Below, one piece after another: positions 8,958 through 18,137 of a DNA stretch of 44,935 nt (position 1 is its first letter; the number at the start of each line of letters is the position of its first letter). The notes under the pieces are model-generated. The model searched no databases. It worked only from the letters and a program-made list of their open reading frames with translations, and was not told the origin of the DNA. Source of the stretch: a virus (lineage: Duplodnaviria > Heunggongvirae > Uroviricota > Caudoviricetes); IMG/VR virus record IMGVR_UViG_643348551_000004, one strand, 5' to 3'. The position numbers and the translations under genes are program-made.

Positions 8958-9029
8958 AATTTATACGCTTGCGTATTGATGGTCAAAACACGTTTTGCTA
9001 TTGCTTGGATTAATACGCATTGCTATTAT
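8958..9029. promoter_or_regulatory. Divergent pRM / pR promoters with OR-like operator repeats
   Basis: Minus strand: TTGACC (8986-8981)-17-TAAATT (8963-8958), 7 nt to the cI ATG; plus strand: TTGCTT (9001-9006)-17-TATTAT (9024-9029); TTGCTATTG-type repeats between and within. Confidence 0.5.
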
Positions 9030-9060
9030 TCATTCATTGCAATACCAATAGGAATTGATA

Positions 9061-9288
9061 ATGACAAATCAAACCATTCAACTCGCAATCAGTATTACAG
9101 GTAGTCAAAAACGACTGGCAGATCTATGCGGTGTAGCCCAACCCACAGTTTGGCGTTGGCTACACGGTGGCGGAATTGATGCCCGCTATGTAATGAAAAT
9201 TGTCTCAGCCACTGGTGGAAAGATTAAACCAGCAGATATTCGTCCCGACCTCGCACCATTGTTTAACGCGAGTAATTCTGCCGCCTAA
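9061..9288 (+). CDS. cro: Cro-like HTH regulator
   Basis: 75 aa, HTH QKRLADLCGVAQPTVWRW; AGGAA RBS 8 nt upstream; divergent from cI. Confidence 0.75.
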   Translation: MTNQTIQLAISITGSQKRLADLCGVAQPTVWRWLHGGGIDARYVMKIVSATGGKIKPADIRPDLAPLFNASNSAA

Positions 9289-9312
9289 ACTGCGGCGTTA
9301 ACTGATAAGGCA

Positions 9313-9858
9313 ATGACTATGCAACCACTTACATACCAACAGACTAGCGGATTTAGCCCGACTGCGGTGATAAATCGTTCTCAAACAAAACAGGCGCCAG
9401 GCCACGAAAAAATCCGTGATGCCGTTCGCGCCTGGTCGGCTGCAGATAATCAGGATGTTGTTGCCGCACTCATTGTGAATGAGTATCGGGAGCAGGGCGG
9501 CGGCACCATCGATTTCCCTGATGATGTCAGCCGTGCACGCCAGAAGCTGTTCCGCTTCCTCGATAACAAATTCGATTCTGAAAAATACCGAAATAACGTG
9601 CGTGAACTGACCCCGGCAATTCTGGCGGTACTACCGCTGGAATATCGCGGCCACCTGGTTGAGCAGGATAGCTTCATGGCTCGGCTGGCTGAAATGGAAA
9701 AGGAACTCAGTGAGGCAAAACAGGCTGTCATTCTCAACGCACCACGCCACCAGAAACTGAAGGAAATTAGTGAAGGTATTGTGTCGATGTTTCGTGTGGA
9801 CCCAGATCTGGCTGGTCCATTGATGGCGATGGTTACTACCATGCTGGGGGCGATATGA
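9313..9858 (+). CDS. Regulatory protein in the cII position, possibly YdaT/CII-like
   Basis: 181 aa between cro and O; not lambda cII; a better-spaced start is ATG 9319; family assignment from recall only. Confidence 0.45.
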   Translation: MTMQPLTYQQTSGFSPTAVINRSQTKQAPGHEKIRDAVRAWSAADNQDVVAALIVNEYREQGGGTIDFPDDVSRARQKLFRFLDNKFDSEKYRNNVRELTPAILAVLPLEYRGHLVEQDSFMARLAEMEKELSEAKQAVILNAPRHQKLKEISEGIVSMFRVDPDLAGPLMAMVTTMLGAI

Positions 9859-9944
9859 CAGGTTCAGAAATGGCGAAAGCCGGTCTGCTGGAACAGAACC
9901 GACTTTCAGGTGCAAATCGTAACACACTCATTGCGGGAGGAATT

Positions 9945-10874
9945 ATGGCAAACACTGCTGAGATATTCAATTTTCCAGTGCCGGATGCGGCACAAAAGGA
10001 GCCGCGCGTGGCAGATCTCGATGATGGTTATACGCGCATTGCAAATGAGTTGCTGGAAGCTGTGATGCTGGCCGGATTAACACAGCACCAGCTTCTGGTC
10101 TTCCTAGCTGTCATGCGCAAAACATATGGCTTTAATAAAAAACTGGATTGGGTGAGCAACGAGCAACTGTCCGAATTGACCGGGATATTGCCGCACAAGT
10201 GTTCTGCTGCAAAAAGTGTTCTGGTAAAGCGTGGGATTTTGATTCAGAGCGGGCGGAATATCGGTATTAATAATGTGGTCAGTGAATGGTCAACATTACC
10301 CGAATCAGGTAAGAAAAATAAAGTTTACCTGAAAGAGGTAAATTTACCTGAATCAGGTAAGAAAAGTTTACCCAAATCAGGTAAAGGCGTTTACCCGAAT
10401 CAGGTAAACACAAAAGACAAACTAACAAAAGACAATATAAAACCTTTTTCGTCCGAGAATTCTGGCGAATCCTCTGACCAACCAGAAAACGATCTTCCTG
10501 TGGTGAAACCAGATGCTGCAATTCAGAGCGGCAGCAAGTGGGGGACAGCAGAAGACCTGACCGCCGCAGAGTGGATGTTTGACATGGTGAAGACCATCGC
10601 GCCATCAGCCAGAAAACCGAATTTTGCAGGGTGGGCTAACGATATCCGCCTGATGCGTGAACGTGACGGACGTAACCACCGCGACATGTGTGTGCTGTTC
10701 CGCTGGGCATGCCAGGACAACTTCTGGTCCGGTAACGTGCTAAGTCCGGCCAAACTCCGCGACAAGTGGACCCAACTCGAAATCAACCGTAACAAGCAAC
10801 AGGCAGGCGTGACAGCTAGCAAACCAAAACTCGACCTGACAAACACAGACTGGATTTACGGGGTGGATCTATGA
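9945..10874 (+). CDS. O: Replication initiator O, hybrid: non-lambda N-terminal/iteron domain, lambda-type C-terminal domain
   Basis: ATG at 9945 with GGGAGG RBS; C-terminal about 130 aa recalled as matching lambda O; iterons lie inside the gene. Confidence 0.85.
   Translation: MANTAEIFNFPVPDAAQKEPRVADLDDGYTRIANELLEAVMLAGLTQHQLLVFLAVMRKTYGFNKKLDWVSNEQLSELTGILPHKCSAAKSVLVKRGILIQSGRNIGINNVVSEWSTLPESGKKNKVYLKEVNLPESGKKSLPKSGKGVYPNQVNTKDKLTKDNIKPFSSENSGESSDQPENDLPVVKPDAAIQSGSKWGTAEDLTAAEWMFDMVKTIAPSARKPNFAGWANDIRLMRERDGRNHRDMCVLFRWACQDNFWSGNVLSPAKLRDKWTQLEINRNKQQAGVTASKPKLDLTNTDWIYGVDL
10296..10408. repeat. Replication origin iterons (five 18-19 bp inverted-repeat units) inside O
   Basis: TTACCCGAATCAGGTAAG-type units at about 10296, 10324, 10343, 10366, 10390, followed by an A-rich tract (about 10410-10450). 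Confidence 0.7.
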
Positions 10875-11572
10875 AAAACATCGCCGCACAGATGATTAAC
10901 TTTGACCGTGAGCAGATGCGTCGGATCGCCAACAACATGCCGGAACAGTACGACGAAAAGCCTCAGGTACAGCAGGTAGCGCAGATCATCAATGGTGTGT
11001 TCAGCCAGTTACTGGCAACTTTCCCGGCGAGCCTGGCTAACCGTGACCAGAATGAACTGAACGAAATCCGCCGCCAGTGGGTTCTGGCTTTCCGGGAAAA
11101 CGGGATCACCACAATGGAACAGGTTAACGCTGGAATGCGCGTAGCCCGTCGGCAGAATCGACCATTTCTGCCATCACCCGGGCAGTTTGTTGCATGGTGC
11201 CGGGAAGAAGCATCCGTTATCGCCGGACTGCCAAACGTCAGCGAGCTGGTTGATATGGTTTACGAGTATTGCCGGAAGCGAGGCCTGTATCCGGATGCGG
11301 AGTCTTATCCGTGGAAATCAAACGCGCACTACTGGCTGGTTACCAACCTGTATCAGAACATGCGGGCCAATGCGCTTACTGATGCGGAATTACGCCGTAA
11401 GGCCGCAGATGAGCTTGTCCATATGACTGCGAGAATTAACCGTGGTGAGGCGATCCCTGAACCAGTAAAACAACTTCCTGTTATGGGCGGTAGACCTCTA
11501 AATCGTGCACAGGCTCTGGCGAAGATCGCAGAAATTAAAGCTAAGTTCGGACTGAAAGGAGCAAGTGTATGA
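10871..11572 (+). CDS. P: Replication protein P (helicase loader)
   Basis: 233 aa, recalled as near-identical to lambda P (MKNIAAQMINFDREQMRRIANNMPEQYDEKPQ...). Confidence 0.95.
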   Translation: MKNIAAQMINFDREQMRRIANNMPEQYDEKPQVQQVAQIINGVFSQLLATFPASLANRDQNELNEIRRQWVLAFRENGITTMEQVNAGMRVARRQNRPFLPSPGQFVAWCREEASVIAGLPNVSELVDMVYEYCRKRGLYPDAESYPWKSNAHYWLVTNLYQNMRANALTDAELRRKAADELVHMTARINRGEAIPEPVKQLPVMGGRPLNRAQALAKIAEIKAKFGLKGASV

Positions 11573-11871
11573 CGGGCAAAGAGGCAATTATTCATTACCT
11601 GGGGACGCATAAGAGCTTCTGTGCACAGGACGTTGCCGCGGTAACAGGCGCAACCGTAACCAGCATAAATCAGGCTGCGGCTAAAATGGCGCGGGCAGGA
11701 ATCCTGGTCGTTGATGGTAAGGTCTGGCGAACGGTGTATTACCGGTTCGCTACCAGAGAAGAACGGGAAGGAAAGGTGAGCACGAATCTGATTTTTAAGG
11801 AGTGTCGCCAGAGTGCCGCGATGAAACGCGTATTGAGGGTATATAAAAGAACATCAATGGGTACACAATGA
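11569..11871 (+). CDS. ren: Ren (Rex-exclusion resistance) protein
   Basis: MTGKEAIIHYLGTH... recalled as lambda Ren; overlaps the P stop. Confidence 0.85.
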   Translation: MTGKEAIIHYLGTHKSFCAQDVAAVTGATVTSINQAAAKMARAGILVVDGKVWRTVYYRFATREEREGKVSTNLIFKECRQSAAMKRVLRVYKRTSMGTQ

Positions 11872-11938
11872 TGAAACAGGTGAGTTGATTTCAAACTGTA
11901 GTACAATTCTCTCCAGTTTGAACAGGAAAGAATATGCT

Positions 11939-12271
11939 ATGAACCCTTATATTTATCTTGGTGGTGCAATACTTGCAGAGGTCATTGGTACAACCTTAAT
12001 GAAGTTTTCAGAAGGTTTTACACGGTTATGGCCATCTGTTGGTACAATTATCTGTTATTGTGCATCATTCTGGTTATTAGCTCAGACGCTGGCTTATATT
12101 CCTACAGGGATTGCTTATGCTATCTGGTCAGGAGTCGGTATTGTCCTGATTAGCTTACTGTCATGGGGATTTTTCGGCCAACGGCTGGACCTGCCAGCCA
12201 TTATAGGCATGATGTTGATTTGTGCCGGTGTGTTGGTTATTAATTTATTGTCACGAAGCACACCACATTAA
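11939..12271 (+). CDS. emrE: SMR-family multidrug efflux protein EmrE
   Basis: 110 aa, MNPYIYLGGAILAEVIGTTLMKFSEGF... recalled as E. coli EmrE (a DLP12 prophage gene). Confidence 0.9.
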   Translation: MNPYIYLGGAILAEVIGTTLMKFSEGFTRLWPSVGTIICYCASFWLLAQTLAYIPTGIAYAIWSGVGIVLISLLSWGFFGQRLDLPAIIGMMLICAGVLVINLLSRSTPH

Positions 12272-12302
12272 AAATAATTTGTTTCTAAACGACTAAAATA
12301 TG

Positions 12303-12345
12303 GAGGCTCTTATATTTATATGAGCCTCGTTTTATGCTTTTTGTT
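12303..12345 (+). terminator. Rho-independent terminator after emrE
   Basis: Hairpin GAGGCTC-loop-GAGCCTC followed by GTTTTATGCTTTTT. Confidence 0.5.
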
Positions 12346-12527
12346 AATGTCTTTATTTTTTTATGTATTCTTTTGTGCTTTCAAGATTATGGCGTAAGAA
12401 AATTGCAATACGATTATTGTTGTATATTCAAGATAATGTGACCTTAATTGTCTTTTTAAATAAAAATTAAACAAAAATTATATCTCACCACTAAGGTTTA
12501 TAAAAGCATACGTTAGCAGGTGTCACC

Positions 12528-14054
12528 ATGAAAAAAGCCATAGCATATATGCGATTTTCATCACCAGGTCAGATGTCTGGCGACTCATTAAACCGACAGA
12601 GAAGACTTATTGCTGAATGGTTAAAGGTAAATAGTGATTATTATCTTGATACCATAACATATGAAGATTTAGGATTAAGTGCATTCAAAGGAAAGCATGC
12701 ACAATCAGGAGCTTTTTCGGAATTTTTAGATGCTATAGAGCATGGTTATATATTGCCAGGAACTACATTGTTAGTTGAAAGTCTGGACAGACTTTCAAGA
12801 GAAAAAGTCGGTGAAGCGATTGAGCGTCTGAAATTGATTTTGAATCACGGTATTGATGTTATAACTCTTTGCGATAATACAGTCTATAATATTGACTCTT
12901 TGAATGATCCATATTCATTAATAAAAGCCATACTTATAGCACAAAGGGCAAATGAAGAAAGCGAGATAAAGTCAAGTCGGGTTAAATTATCATGGAAGAA
13001 AAAACGGCAGGATGCACTGGAGTCAGGCACGATTATGACGGCGTCTTGTCCGAGATGGCTCTCCTTAGATGACAAAAGAACGGCTTTTGTTCCAGACCCC
13101 GACAGGGTGAAAACTATTGAGCTAATTTTTAAACTCAGGATGGAAAGGCGCTCATTGAATGCAATAGCCAAGTATTTAAATGATCATGCTGTAAAGAATT
13201 TCTCAGGAAAAGAAAGTGCATGGGGACCTTCTGTAATTGAAAAATTATTAGCGAATAAAGCTCTGATAGGTATATGCGTACCTTCATATCGTGCAAGAGG
13301 TAAAGGAATAAGTGAAATCGCTGGCTATTATCCCAGAGTCATATCAGATGATTTGTTTTACGCTGTGCAGGAAATTCGGTTGGCACCTTTTGGTATTAGC
13401 AATAGTAGCAAAAACCCTATGTTGATAAATCTACTTCGAACAGTTATGAAGTGCGAGGCTTGTGGTAATACCATGATTGTTCATGCGGTATCTGGAAGTT
13501 TGCATGGCTATTATGTTTGTCCGATGAGAAGACTGCATCGATGTGACAGGCCATCAATAAAGAGAGATTTGGTTGATTATAATATCATTAATGAGTTGCT
13601 TTTTAATTGTAGTAAAATCCAACCAGTTGAAAACAAGAAAGATGCTAATGAAACTTTAGAGTTGAAAATTATTGAGCTCCAGATGAAAATTAATAATTTA
13701 ATTGCTGCATTATCTGTTGCGCCTGAAGTTACCGCTATAGCAGAAAAAATCAGAGTATTAGATAAGGAATTACGAAGGGCTTCTGTATCATTAAAAACTT
13801 TGAAGAGTAAAGCGGTGAGCTCACTTGGTGATTTTCATGCTATTGACTTAACCAGTAAAAATGGGCGAGAGCTATGTCGTACACTTGCCTATAAAACATT
13901 CGAAAAAATCATAATCAATACAGATAATAAAACCTGTGATATCTATTTTATGAATGGCATTGTTTTTAAACACTATCCTTTAATGAAAACAATATCCGCC
14001 CAGCAGGCGATAAGTACTCTCAAATATATGGTTGATGGTGAGGTTTATTTTTGA
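12528..14054 (+). CDS. ybcK: Large serine recombinase (resolvase-type N-terminal domain, recombinase domain, Cys-rich zinc ribbon)
   Basis: 508 aa; N-terminal AYMRFSSPGQ catalytic-serine motif; Cys cluster CEACGN...CPMRRLHRC; AT-rich; recalled as DLP12 YbcK. Confidence 0.85.
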   Translation: MKKAIAYMRFSSPGQMSGDSLNRQRRLIAEWLKVNSDYYLDTITYEDLGLSAFKGKHAQSGAFSEFLDAIEHGYILPGTTLLVESLDRLSREKVGEAIERLKLILNHGIDVITLCDNTVYNIDSLNDPYSLIKAILIAQRANEESEIKSSRVKLSWKKKRQDALESGTIMTASCPRWLSLDDKRTAFVPDPDRVKTIELIFKLRMERRSLNAIAKYLNDHAVKNFSGKESAWGPSVIEKLLANKALIGICVPSYRARGKGISEIAGYYPRVISDDLFYAVQEIRLAPFGISNSSKNPMLINLLRTVMKCEACGNTMIVHAVSGSLHGYYVCPMRRLHRCDRPSIKRDLVDYNIINELLFNCSKIQPVENKKDANETLELKIIELQMKINNLIAALSVAPEVTAIAEKIRVLDKELRRASVSLKTLKSKAVSSLGDFHAIDLTSKNGRELCRTLAYKTFEKIIINTDNKTCDIYFMNGIVFKHYPLMKTISAQQAISTLKYMVDGEVYF

Positions 14055-14165
14055 GTAATAATCACTTTTTCAACCGTGCTATAGTAAGAAAGTTAGGTAA
14101 GTACAATAAAATTATCTATCCTGAACGAAGCGTCCTGAGCTATGGTTTTACTATAGGGACTGCCA

Positions 14166-14495
14166 ATGGATGCTGGCGTTCTCGTTCTAGCAGTTCAACA
14201 ATCCCCAATCACAAAACAATTCACTGATAACGAACTTTGCACACTCGCCTGGTTATGGCGAGCAGGGAATGTGATGTTAATTGCCTACCAGAACGTTACT
14301 CATCTTCTTCAGGATGCGGAGCATGGTGAAGCTGGTCACTTCACTTCCATCGAGCAAGAATATCCCCAGATACTCAACAGAGCGCGAGCAATCCTCGTCC
14401 GAGAAACGGCACATGTAAAACTTCAGCCGTGGCAGGATGATAAGTGGAGTCGAGTATTGCCACATTTGCGTCAGAATGTTATTAAACAACGTTAG
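14166..14495 (+). CDS. Hypothetical protein (109 aa)
   Basis: ATG with AGGGA RBS; nin-region position; no recognisable motif. Confidence 0.5.
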   Translation: MDAGVLVLAVQQSPITKQFTDNELCTLAWLWRAGNVMLIAYQNVTHLLQDAEHGEAGHFTSIEQEYPQILNRARAILVRETAHVKLQPWQDDKWSRVLPHLRQNVIKQR

Positions 14496-14554
14496 CTACT
14501 GTGTCTCTCCAATTTAGCTAACATATGGATTCATAAGAAAAAGGAGCTTTTGCC

Positions 14555-14806
14555 ATGATGTCCTTCACCAAATGTAAATTAATGCACAGCCATAAAACTA
14601 GCGTAAATGCAGCGCTCTTGGACGATACGAAATTAGTTGTAGAGAGGGATCTCCATTTTCTTCGTGAGTTATACATATCAAGCCCAGAAGAATTTGTCGG
14701 ACATTGGGTTTATGCAAATGAGCCAATATTTCATGAACATCCACTGTCTGTTGGCCTTTCTGGTATTGTCTATCACAAGGTTATTGATGAAATTGAAAAA
14801 TCATAA
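14555..14806 (+). CDS. Hypothetical protein (83 aa)
   Basis: Strong AAGGAG RBS 8 nt upstream of the ATG; no recognisable motif. Confidence 0.55.
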   Translation: MMSFTKCKLMHSHKTSVNAALLDDTKLVVERDLHFLRELYISSPEEFVGHWVYANEPIFHEHPLSVGLSGIVYHKVIDEIEKS

Positions 14807-14881
14807 TCAATAAGCAATAATACCGTCACCGTTGGCCTGAACACCCTGCGGTGACTTCTGCGCATATGATTGGGAAATTAT

Positions 14882-14980
14882 ATGCGACCACAAGTTAAAC
14901 TCCTCGCCTTGCCACAGATGCAGAAATGCACCTGCGATATTTTGCATCCAGCGTTTGATCTCTGCGGAGGTGAAGCGTGA
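14882..14980 (+). CDS. ylcH: Small ORF (32 aa), YlcH-like position upstream of ybcN
   Basis: Hand-translated [32 protein letters not shown]; stop overlaps the ybcN GTG start (GTGA). Confidence 0.35.
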   Translation: MRPQVKLLALPQMQKCTCDILHPAFDLCGGEA

Positions 14981-15432
14981 ACCTCCCACAAGATGGTATC
15001 AAATTGCATCGCGGTAACTTCACCGCTATCGGTCGGCAGATCCAGCCTTATCTGGAGGACGGCAAATGCTTTCGCATGGTGCTTAAACCGTGGCGCGAGA
15101 GACGCAGTCTTTCCCAGAATGCACTCAGCCACATGTGGTACAGCGAAATCAGTGAATACCTCATCAGCAGGGGTAAAACGTTCGCTACTCCAGCTTGGGT
15201 AAAAGATGCTCTCAAACACACATATCTCGGTTATGAAACCAAAGACCTGGTTGATGTCGTAACCGGTGATATCACCACTATCCAGTCGTTACGCCATACC
15301 TCCGATCTTGATACCGGAGAGATGTATGTCTTCCTGTGTAAGGTTGAAGCCTGGGCGGTGAATATTGGCTGCCACCTGACTATTCCGCAGAGCTGCGAGT
15401 TCCAGCTGCTCCGTGACAAGCAGGAGGCGTAA
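14977..15432 (+). CDS. ybcN: YbcN-like protein (NinB-region, DNA-binding)
   Basis: 151 aa, GTG start, same length and position as DLP12 YbcN. Confidence 0.8.
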   Translation: MNLPQDGIKLHRGNFTAIGRQIQPYLEDGKCFRMVLKPWRERRSLSQNALSHMWYSEISEYLISRGKTFATPAWVKDALKHTYLGYETKDLVDVVTGDITTIQSLRHTSDLDTGEMYVFLCKVEAWAVNIGCHLTIPQSCEFQLLRDKQEA

Positions 15433-15602
15433 TGGCTACACCGCTTATTCGTGTCATGAACGGACACATCTACAGAGTATCAAATCGTCGTAAGCGTAAG
15501 CCTGAGCCGAAGCCATCCGAAATACCAACACTGCTCGGATATACCGCTAGCCTGGTTGATAAAAAATGGTTGCGACTGGCAGCAAGGAGGAATCATGGCT
15601 GA
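15432..15602 (+). CDS. ninE: NinE
   Basis: 56 aa hand-translated ([28 protein letters not shown]...); start overlaps the ybcN stop (TAATG); below the ORF-track cutoff. Confidence 0.7.
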   Translation: MATPLIRVMNGHIYRVSNRRKRKPEPKPSEIPTLLGYTASLVDKKWLRLAARRNHG

Positions 15603-15885
15603 TTTGAGAAAAGCAGCGCGTGGTCGGGAATGCCAGGTAAGAATCCCTGGCGTATGTAATGGCAATTCTGAAACGTCTGTACTGGCACATATCCGGCTGG
15701 CTGGATTGTGCGGTACCGGTATCAAACCGCCAGACCTGATTGCCACCATTGCATGTTCTGCCTGCCACGACGAAATCGACCGCCGCACACATTTTGTCGA
15801 TGCTGCATATGCAAAAGAATGCGCGCTGGAAGGTATGGCGAGAACACAGGTTATCTGGCTGAAAGAGGGGGTTATTAAGGCGTGA
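15595..15885 (+). CDS. ybcO: YbcO-like protein (DUF1364, putative nuclease)
   Basis: ATG at 15595 with AGGAGG RBS; 96 aa with Cys/His-rich region. Confidence 0.8.
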   Translation: MADLRKAARGRECQVRIPGVCNGNSETSVLAHIRLAGLCGTGIKPPDLIATIACSACHDEIDRRTHFVDAAYAKECALEGMARTQVIWLKEGVIKA

Positions 15886-16244
15886 ATACCTACAGCATCA
15901 CATTACCCTGGCCTCCGAGCAATAATCGCTATTACCGCCATAATCGCGGGCGCACGCACATCAGCGCAGAAGGGCAGGCATACCGCGATAACGTCACCCG
16001 AATCATTAAAAACGCAATGCTGGATATCGGCCTGGCTATGCCAGTGAAAATCCGTATTGAGTGCCACATGCCGGATCGCCGTCGCCGTGACCTGGATAAT
16101 CTGCAAAAAGCCGCTTTTGACGCACTCACCAAAGCAGGTTTCTGGCTGGATGATGCTCAGGTCGTTGATTACCGCGTTGTGAAGATGCCTGTTACCAAAG
16201 GTGGGAGGCTGGAACTGACCATCACCGAAATGGGGAATGAATGA
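15882..16244 (+). CDS. rusA: Holliday-junction resolvase RusA
   Basis: 120 aa, [24 protein letters not shown]... is the RusA family signature. Confidence 0.9.
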   Translation: MNTYSITLPWPPSNNRYYRHNRGRTHISAEGQAYRDNVTRIIKNAMLDIGLAMPVKIRIECHMPDRRRRDLDNLQKAAFDALTKAGFWLDDAQVVDYRVVKMPVTKGGRLELTITEMGNE

Positions 16245-16381
16245 TGTTTGAGTTTTATATGGCAGAACTTCTTCGCCACCGCTGGGGGCATCTGCGCTTA
16301 TATCGTTTCCCCGGTTCTGTTTTGACCGATTACCGAATACTGAAGAATTACGCCAAAACCCTGACAGGAGCAGGAGTATGA
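16241..16381 (+). CDS. ylcG: YlcG-like small protein (46 aa)
   Basis: ATG overlaps the rusA stop (ATGA); hand-translated [25 protein letters not shown]... Confidence 0.5.
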   Translation: MMFEFYMAELLRHRWGHLRLYRFPGSVLTDYRILKNYAKTLTGAGV

Positions 16382-16466
16382 AGTCAGAGATAACAATCAA
16401 CTAATACTGTTTTGTTGATTTTTGCTTGTAATTGGCGTTCTGGTCTGATTTTTGTGGAGTAAGTTG

Positions 16467-16850
16467 ATGCGTGATATTCAGATGGTTCTTGAGCGTTGGG
16501 GAGCGTGGGCGGCTAATAATCATGAAGATGTGACCTGGTCGTCCATTGCCGCCGGTTTTAAGGGATTAATTACTTCAAAAGTAAAATCTCGCCCGCAATG
16601 TTGTGACGATGACGCGATGATTATTTGCGGGTGCATGGCCCGTCTGAAAAAGAACAACAGCGATTTGCACGATTTATTAGTAGATTATTATGTAGTCGGT
16701 ATGACATTCATGTCACTGGCAGGTAAGCATTGCTGCTCTGATGGTTATATCGGGAAAAGGTTACAGAAGGCTGAGGGCATAATTGAAGGGATGTTAATGG
16801 CATTAGATATCCGGTTAGAGATGGATATCGTTGTTAATAACTCTAATTAA
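16467..16850 (+). CDS. quuD: Late-gene antiterminator Q
   Basis: 127 aa with Cys-rich zinc-binding region ([16 protein letters not shown]); precedes the late promoter/terminator region. Confidence 0.85.
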   Translation: MRDIQMVLERWGAWAANNHEDVTWSSIAAGFKGLITSKVKSRPQCCDDDAMIICGCMARLKKNNSDLHDLLVDYYVVGMTFMSLAGKHCCSDGYIGKRLQKAEGIIEGMLMALDIRLEMDIVVNNSN

Positions 16851-16991
16851 TATGCCAATTGTTTACTAAAAATTATTAAAAATGGGGCGTTGAGACGCCC
16901 CCAAAAATAAAGGGTAATATATAACAGAAGGTTTATATAGTTAGAAGCAAGGTTGTGCTTCTAAAGGAAGTGGCTTGAGGGAGCCACTTAT

Positions 16992-17029
16992 ATGTTGGGG
17001 AGGCAACGCCTCCCGCAACATATCTTTTT
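16992..17029 (+). terminator. Strong rho-independent terminator downstream of Q, tR'-like
   Basis: About 13-bp imperfect stem (ATGTTGGGGAGGC/GCCTCCCGCAACAT) followed by ATCTTTTT; preceded by the GGGGCGT-TGAG-ACGCCCC hairpin at 16884-16901. Confidence 0.5.
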
Positions 17030-17039
17030 CGTAATCAGA

Positions 17040-18137
17040 TTAGAACTGGTAAACCAGACCTACAGCAACGATGTCATCAGTGCTTACACCGAGTGCTTTA
17101 GTGAAGTCATTTTTGTCAAGCAGGTTGATTTTGTAATCAACGAAAGTAGACATATTTTTGTTGAAGTAATAGGTTGCACCTACATCAACATATTTGACTA
17201 AGTCCTGATCGCCCCATACTCCAAGATCTTTACCTTTAGATTGCAGGTAAGCAACGGACGGACGCAGACCGAAATCGAACTGATATTGTGCAACAGCTTC
17301 GAAGTTTTGGGCTTTATTAGCAACGAAGTGATCAGCAAATACAGTCATATTCTGGGTTTCAGAATAGGTAGTGGCCAGGTAAATGTTGTTAGCGTCATAT
17401 TTCAGACCTGCGGCCCAAACTTCTGCATTTTTACCGGAAGCAAATACTTCAGGAAGAACTTTCCCTGCATTAACTTGAGTGTCGGTACGATCAGATTTCG
17501 CATAAGTTGCACCGATACCGAATCCTTCGTATTCATAGGTAGCAGAGAAACCGAAGCCATCACCGTTACCTTCAGTGTAGTTATCGAAATCGCTACGATC
17601 GTTTTTGCCTTGGTACTGAGCAGCAAAGTTCAGACCATCAACCAGACCAAAGAAGTCGTTGTTACGATAGGTTGCAACACCAGTGGTGCGACCAGTCATG
17701 AACACATCTGTTTGGGTCCAGGTATCGCCACCGAATTCTGGCAGAACGTCAGTCCACGCACCGATGTCGTATGCTACACCGTAGTTACGGCCGTAATCGA
17801 TTGAGCCGTAGTCACCGAATTTCAGGCCTGCAAATGCAAGACGGGTTTTGTCTTTGGAGGAACCTTGAGATTCAGCGCGGTTGCCTTTGAATTCATATTC
17901 CCACTGACCGAAACCAGTCAGTTGATCGTTGATTTGGGTTTCACCTTTGAAGCCAAGACGGGCATAAGTAGTATCACCATCATCTGCATCATTAGAGGAG
18001 AAGTAGTGCTTGGCATTAACTTTCCCGTACAGATCCAGCTTGTTACTGTCTTTATTATAAATTTCAGCTGCCTGAGCAGACATCGCCATCAGTACTGATG
18101 CAGCTACAGCAGAAATTGCCACTGTTAATTTTTTCAT
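17040..18137 (-). CDS. nmpC: Outer-membrane general porin, OmpC/OmpF family
   Basis: 365 aa with signal peptide [23 protein letters not shown] and C-terminal aromatic residue (..VYQF); uninterrupted ORF between Q and the lysis genes. Confidence 0.92.
   Translation of the reverse strand: MKKLTVAISAVAASVLMAMSAQAAEIYNKDSNKLDLYGKVNAKHYFSSNDADDGDTTYARLGFKGETQINDQLTGFGQWEYEFKGNRAESQGSSKDKTRLAFAGLKFGDYGSIDYGRNYGVAYDIGAWTDVLPEFGGDTWTQTDVFMTGRTTGVATYRNNDFFGLVDGLNFAAQYQGKNDRSDFDNYTEGNGDGFGFSATYEYEGFGIGATYAKSDRTDTQVNAGKVLPEVFASGKNAEVWAAGLKYDANNIYLATTYSETQNMTVFADHFVANKAQNFEAVAQYQFDFGLRPSVAYLQSKGKDLGVWGDQDLVKYVDVGATYYFNKNMSTFVDYKINLLDKNDFTKALGVSTDDIVAVGLVYQF

Noticed and set aside
10296-10408. Possible CRISPR-like or other short direct-repeat array
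   Set aside because: The repeats are 18-19 bp inverted-repeat units, contiguous, inside the O coding frame and followed by an A-rich tract; this is a replication-origin iteron array.
14807-15219. Minus-strand ORFs of 60 and 113 aa
   Set aside because: They overlap the plus-strand ylcH/ybcN region antisense, with no RBS; the plus-strand genes are translationally coupled and conserved in position.
17040-18137. Possible IS-element interruption of nmpC, as in E. coli K-12 DLP12
   Set aside because: The porin ORF is continuous (365 aa with signal peptide and C-terminal Phe) and no transposase or terminal inverted repeats are present.
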